Shown here piece after piece: positions 1 to 12,839 of a stretch of 64,000 nucleotides of DNA. The DNA is taken from the NCBI GenBank assembly GCA_965112735.1, contig OZ218961.1, positions 496,001 to 560,000 on the forward strand. Reading direction: 5' to 3'. A model generated the notes under the pieces. That model had not been told where the DNA came from, did no database searches, and saw only the letters and a program-made list of their open reading frames with translations. Within the stretch, counting starts at the first letter, position 1, and every line of letters begins with the position of its first letter. The stretch is from Phaeosaccion multiseriatum. Lineage: Eukaryota; Protista; Ochrophyta, other classes. The translations under genes and the position numbers were made by a program.

Positions 1-3000
1 AGGAAGGAAGGAAGGAAGGAAGGAAAGAACGAAGGGAGGGAGGGAGGGAGGGAAGGAGGGAGGGTGGGTGCGTAGGAGGGAGGGAGAGAAGAGGGAGGTA
101 GAGGCAGAGACAGAGATAGAGGGACAACCTCCCCATATGCACTCTAATCTGTCCCTCCCTCCTCCCCGTTTCTCCATCCCCCGCCCTTCCCATATACCTC
201 TCATCTCTCTCCCTCAAATGACGACAGCAACACACCTCTCCTAGGTCGCTCCTCCTCCAGGCTTAAGTCCCTCTCCGCTCTCAAGGAGGAAGAGGAGGAG
301 GAGGACGGGGAGGAGGGGGAGGAGGGGGAGGAGGGGGGAGGGCAGGGGCGGAACGAGGAGGAGGAGGTGAAGGAGGAGTTGATAGAGAGCGAGGACGAAG
401 CGACTCTTGTCAGCGGGGCCGCCCGGAGGTCCCCGGAGGGCACCCTCGCTCTCAGGCCGCAGTCAGCGCAACCTCACGGCCAAAGCACTTCCCACCAAAG
501 TAGTAGCGGAAACTTGTCCGCCAACAACAACTCCCCTCGGCACGGAAGCAGCAGCAGCGCGATGGGGAGCATCGGCGGCGGCGGCGGCGGCGGCGGCGGA
601 GGCGGCAGCGGCAGCAAGAGCAGAGTGTCTACCCATATGCTCTTCCCTAAAGAACCAAGCACCTCGTCCCGCAACAACCCCAAGCGGCTGTTTCAGAAAG
701 ATAGTACCGTCTCCTCCTCCAGCAGCAAGAGCTTTACCAGGGGGAGCACCTCCAGCTATAGCACTTGGTCGTCCAACTCTTCCCTCGTCAGCCCTGCATC
801 ATCACCGCATCATGTGTCTTTTAAAGGAGCAAGTCCGAAGGCGTCGCTGAATGAGCAAGTCCAGAGAGGCAGTGACGGGGGCGCGGCGTTGCGAAGGCAG
901 TCGCTGGGTAAGTGTGTGTATGAGTGCGTGTGTGTGTGCGTGTGTGTGTGCGTGTGTGTATGTGTGTGCGTGTGTGTGCGTGTGTGTGTGTGTGCGGGGG
1001 GGGGGGGGTTGGCTCTGCTCTGTATCACCAACTGCTCTGCTATGCTGTGTCTCTCTTCTACTGACGCTTTCTGGCCTTCCCTCCCCCTCTCTATGACTCT
1101 CCCTGCTCTCCGGCTCTCTTTGATACTCCCCCTCTGTCCCCATATGCCTCTATCCATGACCCCTGTAGGCCAATCCCCGCCCCTCGGGGCTGCTGCCAAG
1201 GACTTTGACATATTAGACGAGGCTCGAATGAGGTGAGGGGAACGGAAAATGGCTTGAGGCCATAGCTTAGCTTAGGGCAGTTCAGTTCACACTCGAATCC
1301 GTTACAGAGTAGACCGACACCGCGCCTAAAGAGCTGCCCACTCTCCCGCATATATCCATGTGTTGCAGAGGGTAAGGCAAGGATCACAGAAAGTCGTATC
1401 AAATTGTTCAAAGGGATTAAATTCTGCCCTGTCGAGGGTATATGAAGGATAGAAGGAGGAGAGAAGGGTACGGTACGCAAGGCTTGCTTCCCTAATGTGC
1501 CTATCCCCCAGCCGTGCTCTCCTCAGTAGGCTGGGACGTCCTCCACCCCTGTCTTGTTCCCCTTCACCTCACTTACCCTCTAGCTGCTGTCAATTTTCTC
1601 TTTTTTTCTGTTCTAACTCTCCCGATCTGTGTAACTGTATGTAACTGACAGGGCGGTGTCCACCCCATGGACTGACGGCCTTGACGTCCCTGAAGATGAC
1701 GCGGGCAGCATAGAGGACAGGTGCGTGCGTCACCCCATCCCGTCTATGCCTGTGTGTGCGAGTGTGTGTGTGAAAAGTTTATGTGCGTGTGTGTGAGTGT
1801 GAGTATGTATGTGTGTATGTGTGTGTGCGTGTGCGTGCGTGTGTGTGCGTGTGTGTGCGTGTGTGTGCGTGTGTGTGCGTCTGTGTACGTGTGTGCGTGT
1901 GTGCATGTGTGTGTGCGTGTATAAGGGTATGTGTACTGACAAAGGGGGGGGAGGTGTGTGAAATTGGCAAAATCTTTCTTCACCCTATTCATTCCACAGT
2001 AACAAGTTCTCTTTTCTGACCCCTCTCCTTCAACGACCCACAACAACAGCACTACGAAGAGAGCCAATAGGCTTGAAGAGGCACTCCAACGGGCAAAGAA
2101 GGAAGCCGCCCTCAGCCCCGACTGCCAGGAGGAGCTGGAGGACGGCCGTCTTAGGATACTCCACTCACTTCGGGCTCAGCTACTTGCTCTTCAGGCAGAT
2201 GGAGGGCTGAGTAGCGGCGGTCTACGAGTGCTGAACAGTGCGATTGACTGGTCGATTGACGATGCTGAGGAGGGAAAGCCGCTGGACCCTTGGGCCGTGG
2301 TGCAGAGAGAAGACTTGCCGATGGACTGGATGCTGACCGTGGGAAGGTACACCAATTGGTGGCCCATCAGCCACTTATCACAGATGGTTTTGTCGAAGAA
2401 GCTGAGTTTTATCTTGGAGGTGGGATGGAATTTCCACAGAGCCATGGAGGGTATCGATCTTGTTGACCTGCTGCAGCCTACCTCAGGGGAGGATGATGAC
2501 GACGACGACTGCCTTTCTATGGTGAGTTGAGTGATTGAGTGAGAGCGTGAGGAGGAGAGGGGGGGAGGGATAGAGTTGGGTGGGTGGGTGGGTGAGTGGG
2601 TGGGTGGGTAGGTGAGTGAGTGAGTGAGTGAGTGAGTGAGTGGGTGAGTGAATGAATGAGTGAGTGAGTGAGTGAGTGAGTAAGTGAGTGAGTGGGTAGG
2701 TGAGTGAGTGGGTAGGTGAGTGAGTGGGTAGGTGAGTGAGTGAGGGAGTGAGTGAGTGAGTGAGTGAGTCAGTGAGTGAGTGCGTGAGTGAGTGAGTGAC
2801 TGAGAAGCGTTGGGCTCTGCGCTGCTTAAGCTTGGCTTTTACTTTGCTCCTCGGCTGTCCAACCAACCAACTAACCAACCAACCAACCAACCAACCAACC
2901 AACCAACCAACCAACCAACCAACCAACCAACCAACCAACCAACCAACCAACCACATAACCAAATACCCACCCAACCAATACCCACCCAAACCAACCAATC

Positions 3001-4873
3001 CTCCTCCCCCAAATAGGACGATGAACAAGAGCCATACAGCACAAACCCCACTGTTGATGATGAGACAGATGCACAAGCCGCCGACCGCGTCAACGCTGTA
3101 GCCCGACGGCACCTCAGAGCCCAGCAGCAGCGCACCGACATGAGTCGATCTGCTTACACAATCCTTCAGGCCGAGGTTAGGCAGCAAGTGATGGCCTCCG
3201 CGTGTGATATGGAGCGGATCAGCACCATGAGCCCTATGCTGAGCCGCTCTTTGAAGACCAGGTGCGTGTGGTTGATTACGTAGAGTTTCGTGTGGCTACG
3301 TGTGTGTCTGCGTGTGCGTGTGTGTGTGTGTGTGTGTTTTGTGCCTCGGGACCACCACCACCACCACCACCACCACCACCACCACCACCACCACCACCAA
3401 GCCGCAACAGAAGCAGCAGCAGCAGCCTCAGCTCAGTGCCCCCGCCCCTCACCCTCTCTCTCTCTCTCCCTCCCTCCCACCACCCTCTCGGACAGATACG
3501 CTGCCCGCATCATGCTTGCTGGAGCCATGGACCATGTTCGAGAGCTTGTGGCTCAGGGACACTTACACGAGTCCGAGGAGAAACGGCTGCAGAGCAAGCT
3601 TGTCTCTTCCTTCATCAAGCTCGGTACGATACATGATGATGACAAGGAGTGTGGTCTGGATTTTTTGGTTTGAGACTTTTATTGTAGAAGGAAGGAAGGA
3701 AGGAAGGAAGGAAGGAAGGAAGGAAGGAAGGCTTCTTTCAGTACACTCTCGAACGCCTAGTGTATTCACCGGATAGCTACGATAGCATACTCGTACTGAC
3801 ATGCTCTCTCTCTCTCTCACTCTCACTCACAGACCACCACCCGCTTACCGAGAAGAGTGTCAGCGTGCTCAATGTGTTGAAGCGGATCGAGTTCTTGTAC
3901 AAGCTTCCAGAGGAGGATATGGAACGGCTGATAGACATGGGAGCGGTGAGTCGGGGGGGGTAGTAAGCCAATGGGTGGGTGGGTGGTTGGGTGAGTTGGT
4001 GGGTGGTTGGGTGGGTATTCAGTCAGCCAGGTATTCAGTCAGTCACTCCATCACTCACGCACTCAGCCGCCTCCTGCACAGCTCCTCCCATACGCCTCTA
4101 CATGTATATACTCCCCTCCCCCTCCGTCCACTTCCACCCATCCACTGCCATCCATCCCATTTACTGACATAAATCTCATCCACTGCCATCCATCCACTGC
4201 CATCCATCCACTGCCATCAGGTCCGCGTGGAGAAGGTGGTGGGTGCCGTCGCATTGGCCAAGGTTGGGGAAAGAGGTGTCAGGATCTATTCCCACGGACA
4301 CCACACCATCACCAAGGGCTTCTTCTACTTGCTGAGGGGCAGCGTGGCAAAGCAAACACCCGAGGTTACTCCAGACCAGTTGGCGGCGGTCAGCGAGACG
4401 GTGCCCGAGGACAGTGAGGTGAGGGTGTGTGAGGGTGTGAGGGTGTGAGGTGTGAGGTGTGAGGGTGTGAGGGTGTGAGGTGTGAGGTGTGAGGGTGTGA
4501 GGGTGTGAGGTGTGAGGTGTGAGGTGTGAGGTGTGAGGGGTGAGGTGTGAGGTGTGAGGGGTGAGGGGTGAGGTGTGAGGTAGGAGGGGTGAGGTGTGAG
4601 GGGTGAGGTGTGAGGTGTGAGGTGTGAGGGGTGAGGTGAGCAGAGGGGTACGCTTTGCGTGCGTGCTTGCTTACTTGTTTGCTTGCTTCTCTCTCATCAT
4701 GGTGCTTATCCGCATGGGTTGTACATGAGCCCCTTGCTCTCTCGCGTTTGCTATGTATAGTCCTCTTCTTCATCATATTAAACGCCCATACAACCACCCC
4801 ATACCCACCCACCCACATCCATCACTTCTGCCTCATCAAAATACACGCACACACACACACGCACACACCAACG

Positions 4874-4966
<93 letters not shown>

Positions 4967-7900
4967 ACCGAGCAGCGCCACGCCCTGAAGTCGAAGATCT
5001 CTCGTCTGCAGCGGCGCGGATTGGGCAAGGACCCGCTGGCCAATAGCTTGGAGGTGCTGCACCACATGGGACTGCTCTTCGGGATTACAGACTGCATGCT
5101 CAACTCGTACGTATTGTGAAGTAGGCCTACGTATTGTTATGTGTGTGGTTGCGTGTGTGGGAGTCATATGAGACTACTCTTCGGCGTTTCAGACTGCATG
5201 CTCGACTCGTACGTATGAGGCTTACTTTGGTTACATGCGTGTATGTGCGTGACGGTGGGGTGGGTTGACGGACGGACGGGTGGATGGCTGACTTACCGAC
5301 CGGCCGACAGACCGACGGACTGATTGGCAACTGACCCCCCTCCCTCCCTCCCCACCACCCCCCAGACCAAACCACGCGTCGTACAAGACGTCGACGTTCT
5401 GTGAAGTGCTCTTCTTCGACAAGGAGAAGCTCCTCAGTGCTGCAGAGGAGATGCCCGCACTCAAACAGGTCGGGAGGGAGGAGGAGGAGGAGAAGGAGGA
5501 GGAGGATGATGGTGATGATGATGATGGTAGTGATGATGATGAGGAGGAGGTGGGGGAGGAGGAGGATGATACCAGGGGATGGAGCAGGAGGGGGAGGATG
5601 ATCCTGGACCCGCGAACGGAAGTGAACTGAAATGAACTGAATTGTTCGTCTTGTCTGTCTCGTCCTCTCTCCGTCCGTCCGTCCCTCCCTCCCTCCCTCA
5701 GGGCATCTGGACTACCGTTGGAGCGCACGTCCTGCGGCGATCTCGGCGCTTCAAGGGGCTGCCTCTGCCCAAGATACACTCCCTCTTGGACAAGGGTACA
5801 CTAGAGCAGGTACAGTTTCAGGTTATTAGAGCAGATACAGTTTCAGGTTATTAGGGCACACTAGAGCAGGTACAGTTTCAGGTTATTAGGGCACACTAGA
5901 GCAGGTACAGTTTCAGGTTATTAGGGCACACTAGAGCAGGTACAGTTTCAGGTTATTAGGGCACACTAGAGCAGGTACAGTTTCAGGTTATTAGAGCAGG
6001 TACAGTTTCAGGTTATTAGGGCACACTAGAGCAGGTACAGTTTCAGGTTATTAGGGCACACTAGAGCAGGTACAGTTTCAGGTTATTAGGGCACACTAGA
6101 GCAGGTACAGTTTCAGGTTATTAGGGCACACTAGAGCAGGTACAGTTTCAGGTTATTAGGGCACACTAGAGCAGGTACAGTTTCAGGTTATTAGGGCACA
6201 CTAGAGCAGGTACAGTTTCAGGTTATTAGGGCACACTAGAGCAGGTACAGTTTCAGGTTATTAGAGCAGGTACAGTTTCAGGTTATTAGGGCACACTAGA
6301 GCAGATACAGTTTCAGGTTATTAGGGCACACTAGAGCAGGTACAGTTTCAGGTTATTAGGGCACACCAGAGCAGGTACAGTTTCAGGTTATTAGGGCACA
6401 CCAGAGCAGGTACAGTTTCAGGTTATTAGAGCAGGTACAGTTTCAGGTTATTAGGGCACACTAGAGCAGGTACAGTTTCAGGTTATTAGGGCACACCAGA
6501 GCAGGTACAGTTTCAGGTTATTAGGGCACACTAGAGCAGGTACAGTTTCAGGTTATTAGGGCACACCAGAGCAGGTACAGTTTCAGGTTATTAGAGCAGG
6601 TACAGTTTCAGGTTATTAGGGCACACTAGAGCAGGTACAGTCTCAGGTTATTAGGGCACACCAGAGCAGGTACAGTTTCAGGTTATTAGGGCACACTAGA
6701 GCAGGTACAGTTTCAGGTTATTAGGGCACACCAGAGCAGGTACAGTTTCAGGTTATTAGAGCAGGTACAGTTTCAGGTTATTAGGGCACACTAGAGCAGG
6801 TACAGTCTCAGGTTATTAGGTATTCAACATTCACTTGTTTGTAACAACGCGAACGTACGACCGGGAGGGAGGGAGGGAGGGAAGGAAGGAGGAAGGGAGG
6901 GAGGGAGAGAGTGAGGGAGTGAGGGAGAAGGGAAAGTATGAGTGAGTGAGTGAGTGAGTGAGTGAGTGAGTGAGTGAGAGTAGGGAGGGTTTAGCCTCCT
7001 TCGACTTCGAACTGCAGGTGGGGTATCTGGGACCAAAACGGAAGCTCCTCAACGAGGACAAAAACATGATATCTGATTATCTGATATCGAATGCTTCTAC
7101 GTCTCTGGCGTCAACTCTTGTCGATCACTCGAACCACCAACAGGTACAGGAGGAGGGCGGCAAGACCTTCCATATCAAGCCGTACAGCAAGCTCCTCGTT
7201 GTGGTGGGGAGCATCTCAGAGGCGCTGCAAGGTGTGTGAAGGGGGGGAGGAGCTCTTGGCACCTGTTGGGGGAGTTGAGGGAAAGGGATGGCAGTTGATG
7301 GTTCTCCCCTGACCACGAATTTTCCCCTATTCCCCTCCTCTCCCCTCCTCTCCCCTCCTCTTCCCTCGGCTCCCGTCCCCTCCCCTCCCCCCTTCTCTCC
7401 TCCCCTCCTCCCCTCCTCCAATATCCATACAGGTGGTGTGATGCAGCCCCTTGGTCACCCGGACCCCCTCTCCGGCCCCTCCATCGCTTACAACACCACC
7501 GACGATACCAAAGACATGCACGTCAGCAAGGGCTCCTTATGCTTCACCCTCGAACAGGAGCTCATTAAGGCTGTGTGTAACGACATGTTTGAGACCATCG
7601 CCACGTAAGTATCACCCCCATCATTTTGTCGGCACATGTCATCGTCTGTTGTCATCATTATGTCAGTGGTAGTGCTACGTATCACCAACTGCTGCTGCTG
7701 GTGTTGGTGGTGCTGGTGGTGCTGGTGGTGCTGGTGGTACTAACTTGTCCCCACGGTGCAATGCCCCTGCCTCTATTCGTTTCTGTCCGGCACTCATTCC
7801 TTCAAACCCCCTCCCCTCCCCTTCCCTTCCCTCCCCTCGTCCCCCACACCCACCCACCCACCCACCCAAACCCACCCACCCGTGGTTGGGACCCCCCCCC

Positions 7901-8712
7901 CCCCCCCAACCCCACCTTCACCCCAATGCAGAGAGGCGACCTTCCGGAGAGGCACACTGCTCAACGCCATGTCCTCTGTGCGACCCTTCTCTTCCAAGGT
8001 CAAGCAGCCCAGACTCTTGGACAGCGAAGGTCTCATCCTCCCCGAGGGTCTTCCTCGAGACCACCGAGAGAGCCTCGAGCTGCCCAGAGGTATTCAGAGA
8101 GTGGACAGCGAGGGCCTGCTGCCCAGTGAGGTGGAAGCTGCAGCAGGAGGAGGAGGAGGAGGAGGAGGAGGAGGAGGAGGAGGAGGAGGAGGAGGAGGAG
8201 GAGGAGGAGGAGGAGGAGGAGGAGGAGGAGGAGGAGCGGGAGGAGGAGGAGGAGGAGTAGGAGGAGGAGGAGGTCGACGCTCTTCTGCGTCTTCGAGGGG
8301 AAGCCTACGTCCTCGCCCCTCCTCCCGGAGAGTTTCTGGCGACGACCCCGAGTCACAGGCCATGATGGCGTCAGCGAGAAGAAGTATCGCCGCTCCGATG
8401 GGAAGGCCGTTAGGGTCTCAGAGTTTAAGCGGCGCTGCCCTTAGGGGGGGGAGGGGAGGAGGAGGAGGAGGTCAAAGGGGACCCTATCTAGGAGGAGGAG
8501 GAGGAGGAGGAGGAGGAGGAGGAGACGGAGGAGGAGGAAGAGGAGGAGACGGAAGAGGAGGAGACGGAAGAGGAGGAGGAGAAGGAGATGGAAGAGGAGG
8601 GGTGAGGCGAGAGTCTCTTGGAGGGCGGACGGCGCCAAGTACTCCAGGGCATGCTCACCTCAATGAGAGGGAAGCTCGATTTTCTATCTCGAGGGCGGGT
8701 TCTATGCTGTGA
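1..8712 (+). CDS. 3' portion of a multi-exon SOS1/SLC9C-like Na+/H+ antiporter with cyclic-nucleotide-binding domains; 5' end lies upstream of the window
   Basis: GT-AG exons join into [42 protein letters not shown] and [16 protein letters not shown], which resemble the SOS1 cytosolic tail. CNBD-like segments: [58 protein letters not shown]. Gly-rich last exon 7933-8712 ends in TGA. Confidence 0.65.
2525..3000. repeat. Intronic (GGGT/GAGT)n tract followed by (CCAA)n tract
   Basis: Directly visible simple repeats inside intron ~2522-3017. Confidence 0.95.
4415..4963. repeat. Intronic (GTGAGG/GTGT)n tract and (CA)n microsatellite
   Basis: Directly visible; GTGAGG-type repeat ~4415-4640, (CA)n ~4845-4963. 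Confidence 0.95.
5794..6821 (+). repeat. Minisatellite, ~31 copies of a 35-bp unit (GGGCACACTAGAGCAGGTACAGTTTCAGGTTATTA) interspersed with a 25-bp deletion variant
   Basis: Counted 31 TTTCAGGTTATTA/TCTCAGGTTATTA cores; no spacers; first unit overlaps the exon end (DKGTLEQ|GTACAG). Confidence 0.95.
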
Positions 8713-8875
8713 GTGCGTGGGAGCGTGCGTGTGCGCGTGTGTGCGTGCGTGCGTGCTGGCGTACGCCTAGAACATGAGAGAGGTAATTTTTATACGCTGT
8801 AGCATATTTAAAAATTAATTATGATGCTTATTATTACGAACGATAAAAAAGGCAAGGTATACACAGCAGCGTATC

Positions 8876-8975
8876 GCCTGATAAGAGGTGCTCCTGATAA
8901 GAGGTGCTCCTGATAAGAGGTGCTCCTGATAACAGGTGCTCCTGATAAGAGGTGCTCCTGATAACAGGTGCTCCT
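8876..8975. repeat. 16-bp tandem repeat (CCTGATAAGAGGTGCT) x ~6
   Basis: Directly visible. Confidence 0.9.
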
Positions 8976-9057
8976 CCTCCCACTTCCCCGTGCCCACTTC
9001 TTCTGATCAAAGTACCGCCCCATCCCCCCCAAACACAAGAGCAAAGGTCACAGACAT

Positions 9058-9612
9058 ACCACCAGCTGCTCCATGTCCGCGCTCTCCTCGTAGCCGTGCA
9101 GCGCAGCCATGACCCTCGAGTCGCGAGCGTCGAACATGGCCAGCAGAGCCGCCCCGCCGCCGGAGAGGGCACAATGGCGTTCTTCACCAAGTCCGCCACG
9201 AGCGTCTGGAACAAGCTCTCCCGGCCCGCAGACGTCATGTCCACCCCTCGTGCTCTGCCTCCCTCCTCCCCTCCCTCCTCCTCCTCGCCCTCCTCTTCGT
9301 GCCCTGCTGATGCCGCTCCTCCCCCTCCCGAAAGCGGCACTCCCCGCGAGGAGGAGGAGGAGGCGGAGGAGGAGGCGGAGGAGGAGGCCTGCAGCTGCTC
9401 CAGCGTCACCCTGGCCAGCCGCCGGAGAGTGTCATTACAGTCGGTCTCGTCCTTCTCTAGACGGAACACCTTAAGAGCGGCGGCTATGGACGGATCCGAC
9501 CTCTGCACACACAGCTGCAGGGCAGTGCTCTCCAGATCGGAAAGATGCATGCTTGCCACCATCTCGCCGAAGCGCCGGTCCACAATGTGCGACAGCTCCT
9601 TGTCGTCGTAGC
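9058..9612 (-). pseudogene. Fragment of an unknown helical protein gene, copy 1 (frameshifted)
   Basis: Near-identical to 12089-12690 but with a 1-bp deletion (GAGCCGCCCCGCC vs GAGCCGCCCCCGCC) shifting the frame after SPAAG. Confidence 0.7.
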
Positions 9613-9770
9613 CGGGCCATAGGCCATAGGCACCGCAATCAACCTACTACTAATCTCCTCCACTCCTCCCCTCCTATCCCCTTTTCCTCTTGCCCCTCCC
9701 TCCCGCCGTCCTCCTCCTTCATATCATCAGTGTGTCCGCTTCGCCTTAAGAGTACTCCTCCTCCTTCTAC

Positions 9771-11621
9771 TCAATAATCCTCACTCTCACAACCTTCTTC
9801 GAAGAACTCCACTTGAAGGCCCTCGGGCAGCTGAGCAGGGAGCTTGTATCTGTATTCCTCAGAAACCTCGAGTTGCTCCAGACCTGCAGGCAGATGTGGG
9901 AGCCGCTGCTTGTACTCGAACCCCAGCTTCAGAGTCCGAAGAGAGGCAGGCAGGGTTAACGGGTGATGAAACTTCGAGCCATAGGGAAATTCCAGCTCCT
10001 TCAGCCCGTCCGGCAGATCTGATAGAGGCTGGCTATACTCCTTTCCCAGCTCCAGAGTCCGAAGAGAGGCAGGAAGGACCAACGGATCATTAAACTCCGA
10101 CTTATCGGAAAATGACAGCTCCTTCAGTCCGTCCGGCAGATCCGATAGGGGCTGGTTATAAACATTTCCCAGCTCCAGAGTTCGAAGAGAGGCAGGCAGG
10201 GCCAATGGATGATTAAACCTCGAGCCATAGGCAAATCTCAGCTCCTTCATCCCGTCTGGCAGATCCGATAGGGGCTGATTATACTCGTCTCCCAGCTGCA
10301 GAGTCCGAAGAGAGGCAGGCAGGGTTAACGGATGATTAAACCTCGAGCCATAGGAGGCAAATTTCAGCTCCTTCAGCCCGTCCGGTAGATCCGATAGGGG
10401 CTGGTTATAAATCTTTCCCAGCACCAGAGTCCGTAGAGAGGCAGGAAGGACTAAAGGATGATTAAACTTCGAGACACCGGAAAATCTCAGCTCCTTCATC
10501 CCGTCCGGCAGATCCAATAGGGGCACAATGTAATTCCACCCCAGCTCCAGCGTCCGAAGAGAGGCAGGCAGGGTTAACGGGTGATTAAACCTCGAGATAT
10601 AGGAGGCAAATTTCAGCTCCGTCAGCCCGTCCGGCAGATCCGATAGGGGCTGGTTATACACCTCTCCCAGCTCCAGCGTCCGAAGAGAGGCAGGAAGGAC
10701 CAAAGGATGATTAAACTTCGAGTCAGAGGCAAATCTCAGCTCCTCCATCCCGTCCGGCAGATCCGATAGGGGCACAATGTAATTCCACCCCAGCTCCAGT
10801 GTCCAAAGAGAGGCAGGAAGCTTCAATGGACGATTGAAGCAACACCAATCGTCGCCAAACTTCAGCTCTTCAAGAGAGCTGGGAAGAGTCACGTCATGGT
10901 TAAACCATCTCCCAAGCGTGATCTTCCGCAGCGATGGGGGGAGGTCCAAAGGATGATTGTAAATGGACCCAGGATCAAAGCTCAACTCTCTCAAGGCGTG
11001 CGGAAGTTTGACCTCTCCCGAAAACTCTCTCCCAAAATGTACACTCTCCAGCCCGTCAGGAAGACGCAGGCCACGACAGTTGAAATCATATCCCAAGCGA
11101 ACGTGCTTCACCGAGGGAGGGAGCACTCTCAGCCCTTCCTGGACAAGGGCAATGTCCGTCGCCCGAGTAGCACCAGATGAAATCCACCGTGCAAGGCCCA
11201 GCGTGACAGCGCTGACTGGAAAGTGTCTTTCGTCGGGAATCTCCCCTCCTCCCTCTCCACACTCCTGTGCCCGCTGCTGCTCCTCCTGGACGCATGGTCT
11301 TTGTCCATCCACAGCAGCAGAGGATTCTCCTCCTTCCCGAGATGGCTCAAGCTCAAGCCACTGCTGGAGCATCTTCAGCATTCTCTGCTGGACCGCTTTA
11401 GGCACTTCGCAGTGTAGAACAACTCGCCTCCCCACGACTGCATCCACCACTCTGGACAAACCCCACAGACTCTTGACGGAGCCCACGTTTGCAACAATGA
11501 GGGTCAGCACCTTCACTCCATCCCAGTCTGCTGCCTCGGTAACGGGTTCTCCTGAGTGCTTCTTTGAAGCACGCGAAGAGCGAATGTTTTTCGCTGCTGC
11601 TCGTGTCATTTCCCCCTCCAT
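9771..11621 (-). CDS. Intronless FNIP/LRR-like repeat protein, copy 1 (616 aa), F-box-like N-terminal segment
   Basis: Seven 41-42 aa units LPDGxxELxF...FNHPLxLPASLRTLxLGxxYNQPLSD match the FNIP-type LRR pattern (FNQPL..LP.SL..L.LG); N-terminal VLTLIVANVGSVKSLWGLSRV is F-box-like. Confidence 0.85.
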   Translation of the reverse strand: MEGEMTRAAAKNIRSSRASKKHSGEPVTEAADWDGVKVLTLIVANVGSVKSLWGLSRVVDAVVGRRVVLHCEVPKAVQQRMLKMLQQWLELEPSREGGESSAAVDGQRPCVQEEQQRAQECGEGGGEIPDERHFPVSAVTLGLARWISSGATRATDIALVQEGLRVLPPSVKHVRLGYDFNCRGLRLPDGLESVHFGREFSGEVKLPHALRELSFDPGSIYNHPLDLPPSLRKITLGRWFNHDVTLPSSLEELKFGDDWCCFNRPLKLPASLWTLELGWNYIVPLSDLPDGMEELRFASDSKFNHPLVLPASLRTLELGEVYNQPLSDLPDGLTELKFASYISRFNHPLTLPASLRTLELGWNYIVPLLDLPDGMKELRFSGVSKFNHPLVLPASLRTLVLGKIYNQPLSDLPDGLKELKFASYGSRFNHPLTLPASLRTLQLGDEYNQPLSDLPDGMKELRFAYGSRFNHPLALPASLRTLELGNVYNQPLSDLPDGLKELSFSDKSEFNDPLVLPASLRTLELGKEYSQPLSDLPDGLKELEFPYGSKFHHPLTLPASLRTLKLGFEYKQRLPHLPAGLEQLEVSEEYRYKLPAQLPEGLQVEFFEEGCESEDY

Positions 11622-12088
11622 CTCTTTCCCTTTTGCCTTCCGTCTCCCCCCCTCCCTGAAGTTTCTCTCCCTCTCCCCTCTTGAGCTCTCCGTCCTCCCC
11701 CCTCCTAGCTCTCGTTGTCTACACAGCTAAGGAGCTCGGGACTGCACAGACTCGCGTTGAGTTATTTTCAACGCGAAGTGGGCCCTTCTACGTCAATTAA
11801 CCCCGATAAGGCCCACCGCCTCCCCCATTGACATACTACATCGTCACACGCACCCACGCGATTCCCCACGCGCCTCTCTTACAATAAAAGGAGTCTTTGT
11901 ATTCTTAGCCAATTTATAAATAAAACCTTTCCTGCTATACAACAAAGGCGTGGGGGCTTTCCCTCTCCCTCGCCTTCTCCTCCTCCTCGTCCTCCTCCTC
12001 CGCCTCCTCCTCCTCCTCCTGCTGCTGCTATCCTGCACTACCTGCCAGTGGTGGTTAACAGTGCCCACCTCCCCTCTGCCCTCCAGAG

Positions 12089-12706
12089 CTACTGCTGCAC
12101 GGCCCCCAACACAGCGTGCAGGTCCACCACCAACTGCTCCATGTCCGCGCTCTCCTCGTAGCCGTGCAGCGCAGCCATGACCCTCGAGTCGCGAGCGTCA
12201 AACATGGCCAGCAGAGCCGCCCCCGCCGCCGGAGAGGCCACAATGGCGTTCTTCACCAAGTCCGCCACGAGCGTCTGGAACAAGCTCTCCCGGCCCGCAG
12301 ACGTCATGTCCACGCCTCGTGCTCTGCCTCCCTCCTCCCCTTCCTCCTCCTCCTCGCCCTCCTCTTCGTAGCCTGCTGATGCCGCTCCTCCCCCTCCCGA
12401 AAGCGGCACTCCCCGCGAGGAGGAGGAGGAGGAGGAGGAGGAGGAGGAGGAGGAGGAGGGGGACTGCAGCTGCTCCAGCGTCACCCTGGCCAGCCGCCGG
12501 AGAGTGTCCTTAAAGTCGGTCTCGTCCACCTCCAGACGGAACACCTCAAGAGCGGCGGCTATGGACGGATCCGACCTCTGCACACACAGCTGCAGGGCAG
12601 TGCCCTCCAGATCGGAAAGGCGCATGCTTGCCACCATCTCACCAAAGCGCCGGTCCACAGTGCAACAGCCTTTTGTCGTCGTAGCCGGGCCTTGCAGGCA
12701 CTGCAA
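12089..12706 (-). CDS. Fragment of an unknown helical protein gene, copy 2 (open ~205 aa, probably lacking its true 5' end)
   Basis: Open ORF ending VDLHAVLGAVQQ*; duplicated at 9058-9612 and 14797-14962. Confidence 0.45.
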   Translation of the reverse strand: MQCLQGPATTTKGCCTVDRRFGEMVASMRLSDLEGTALQLCVQRSDPSIAAALEVFRLEVDETDFKDTLRRLARVTLEQLQSPSSSSSSSSSSSSSSRGVPLSGGGGAASAGYEEEGEEEEEGEEGGRARGVDMTSAGRESLFQTLVADLVKNAIVASPAAGAALLAMFDARDSRVMAALHGYEESADMEQLVVDLHAVLGAVQQ

Positions 12707-12839
12707 TCAACCTGGGTACAACTCATCTCCTCAACTCGTCCCGTCATAACCCCTTTTACTCTTCCCCCTCCCTCCCGCCGTCCTCCTCCTTTATATCATC
12801 ACTGTGTCCGCTTCGCCTTAAGAGTAATCCTCCTCCTAC

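Noticed and set aside
5794-6821. CRISPR array or telomeric repeat (unit contains TTAGGG)
   Set aside because: No unique spacers or cas genes; eukaryotic intron; TTAGGG occurs once per 35-bp unit as a junction product, not in tandem.
201-8638. Many ORFs of poly-CV, HT, LTHS, PTNQ, poly-E/P/L
   Set aside because: Translations of microsatellites in introns or alternative frames, not genes.
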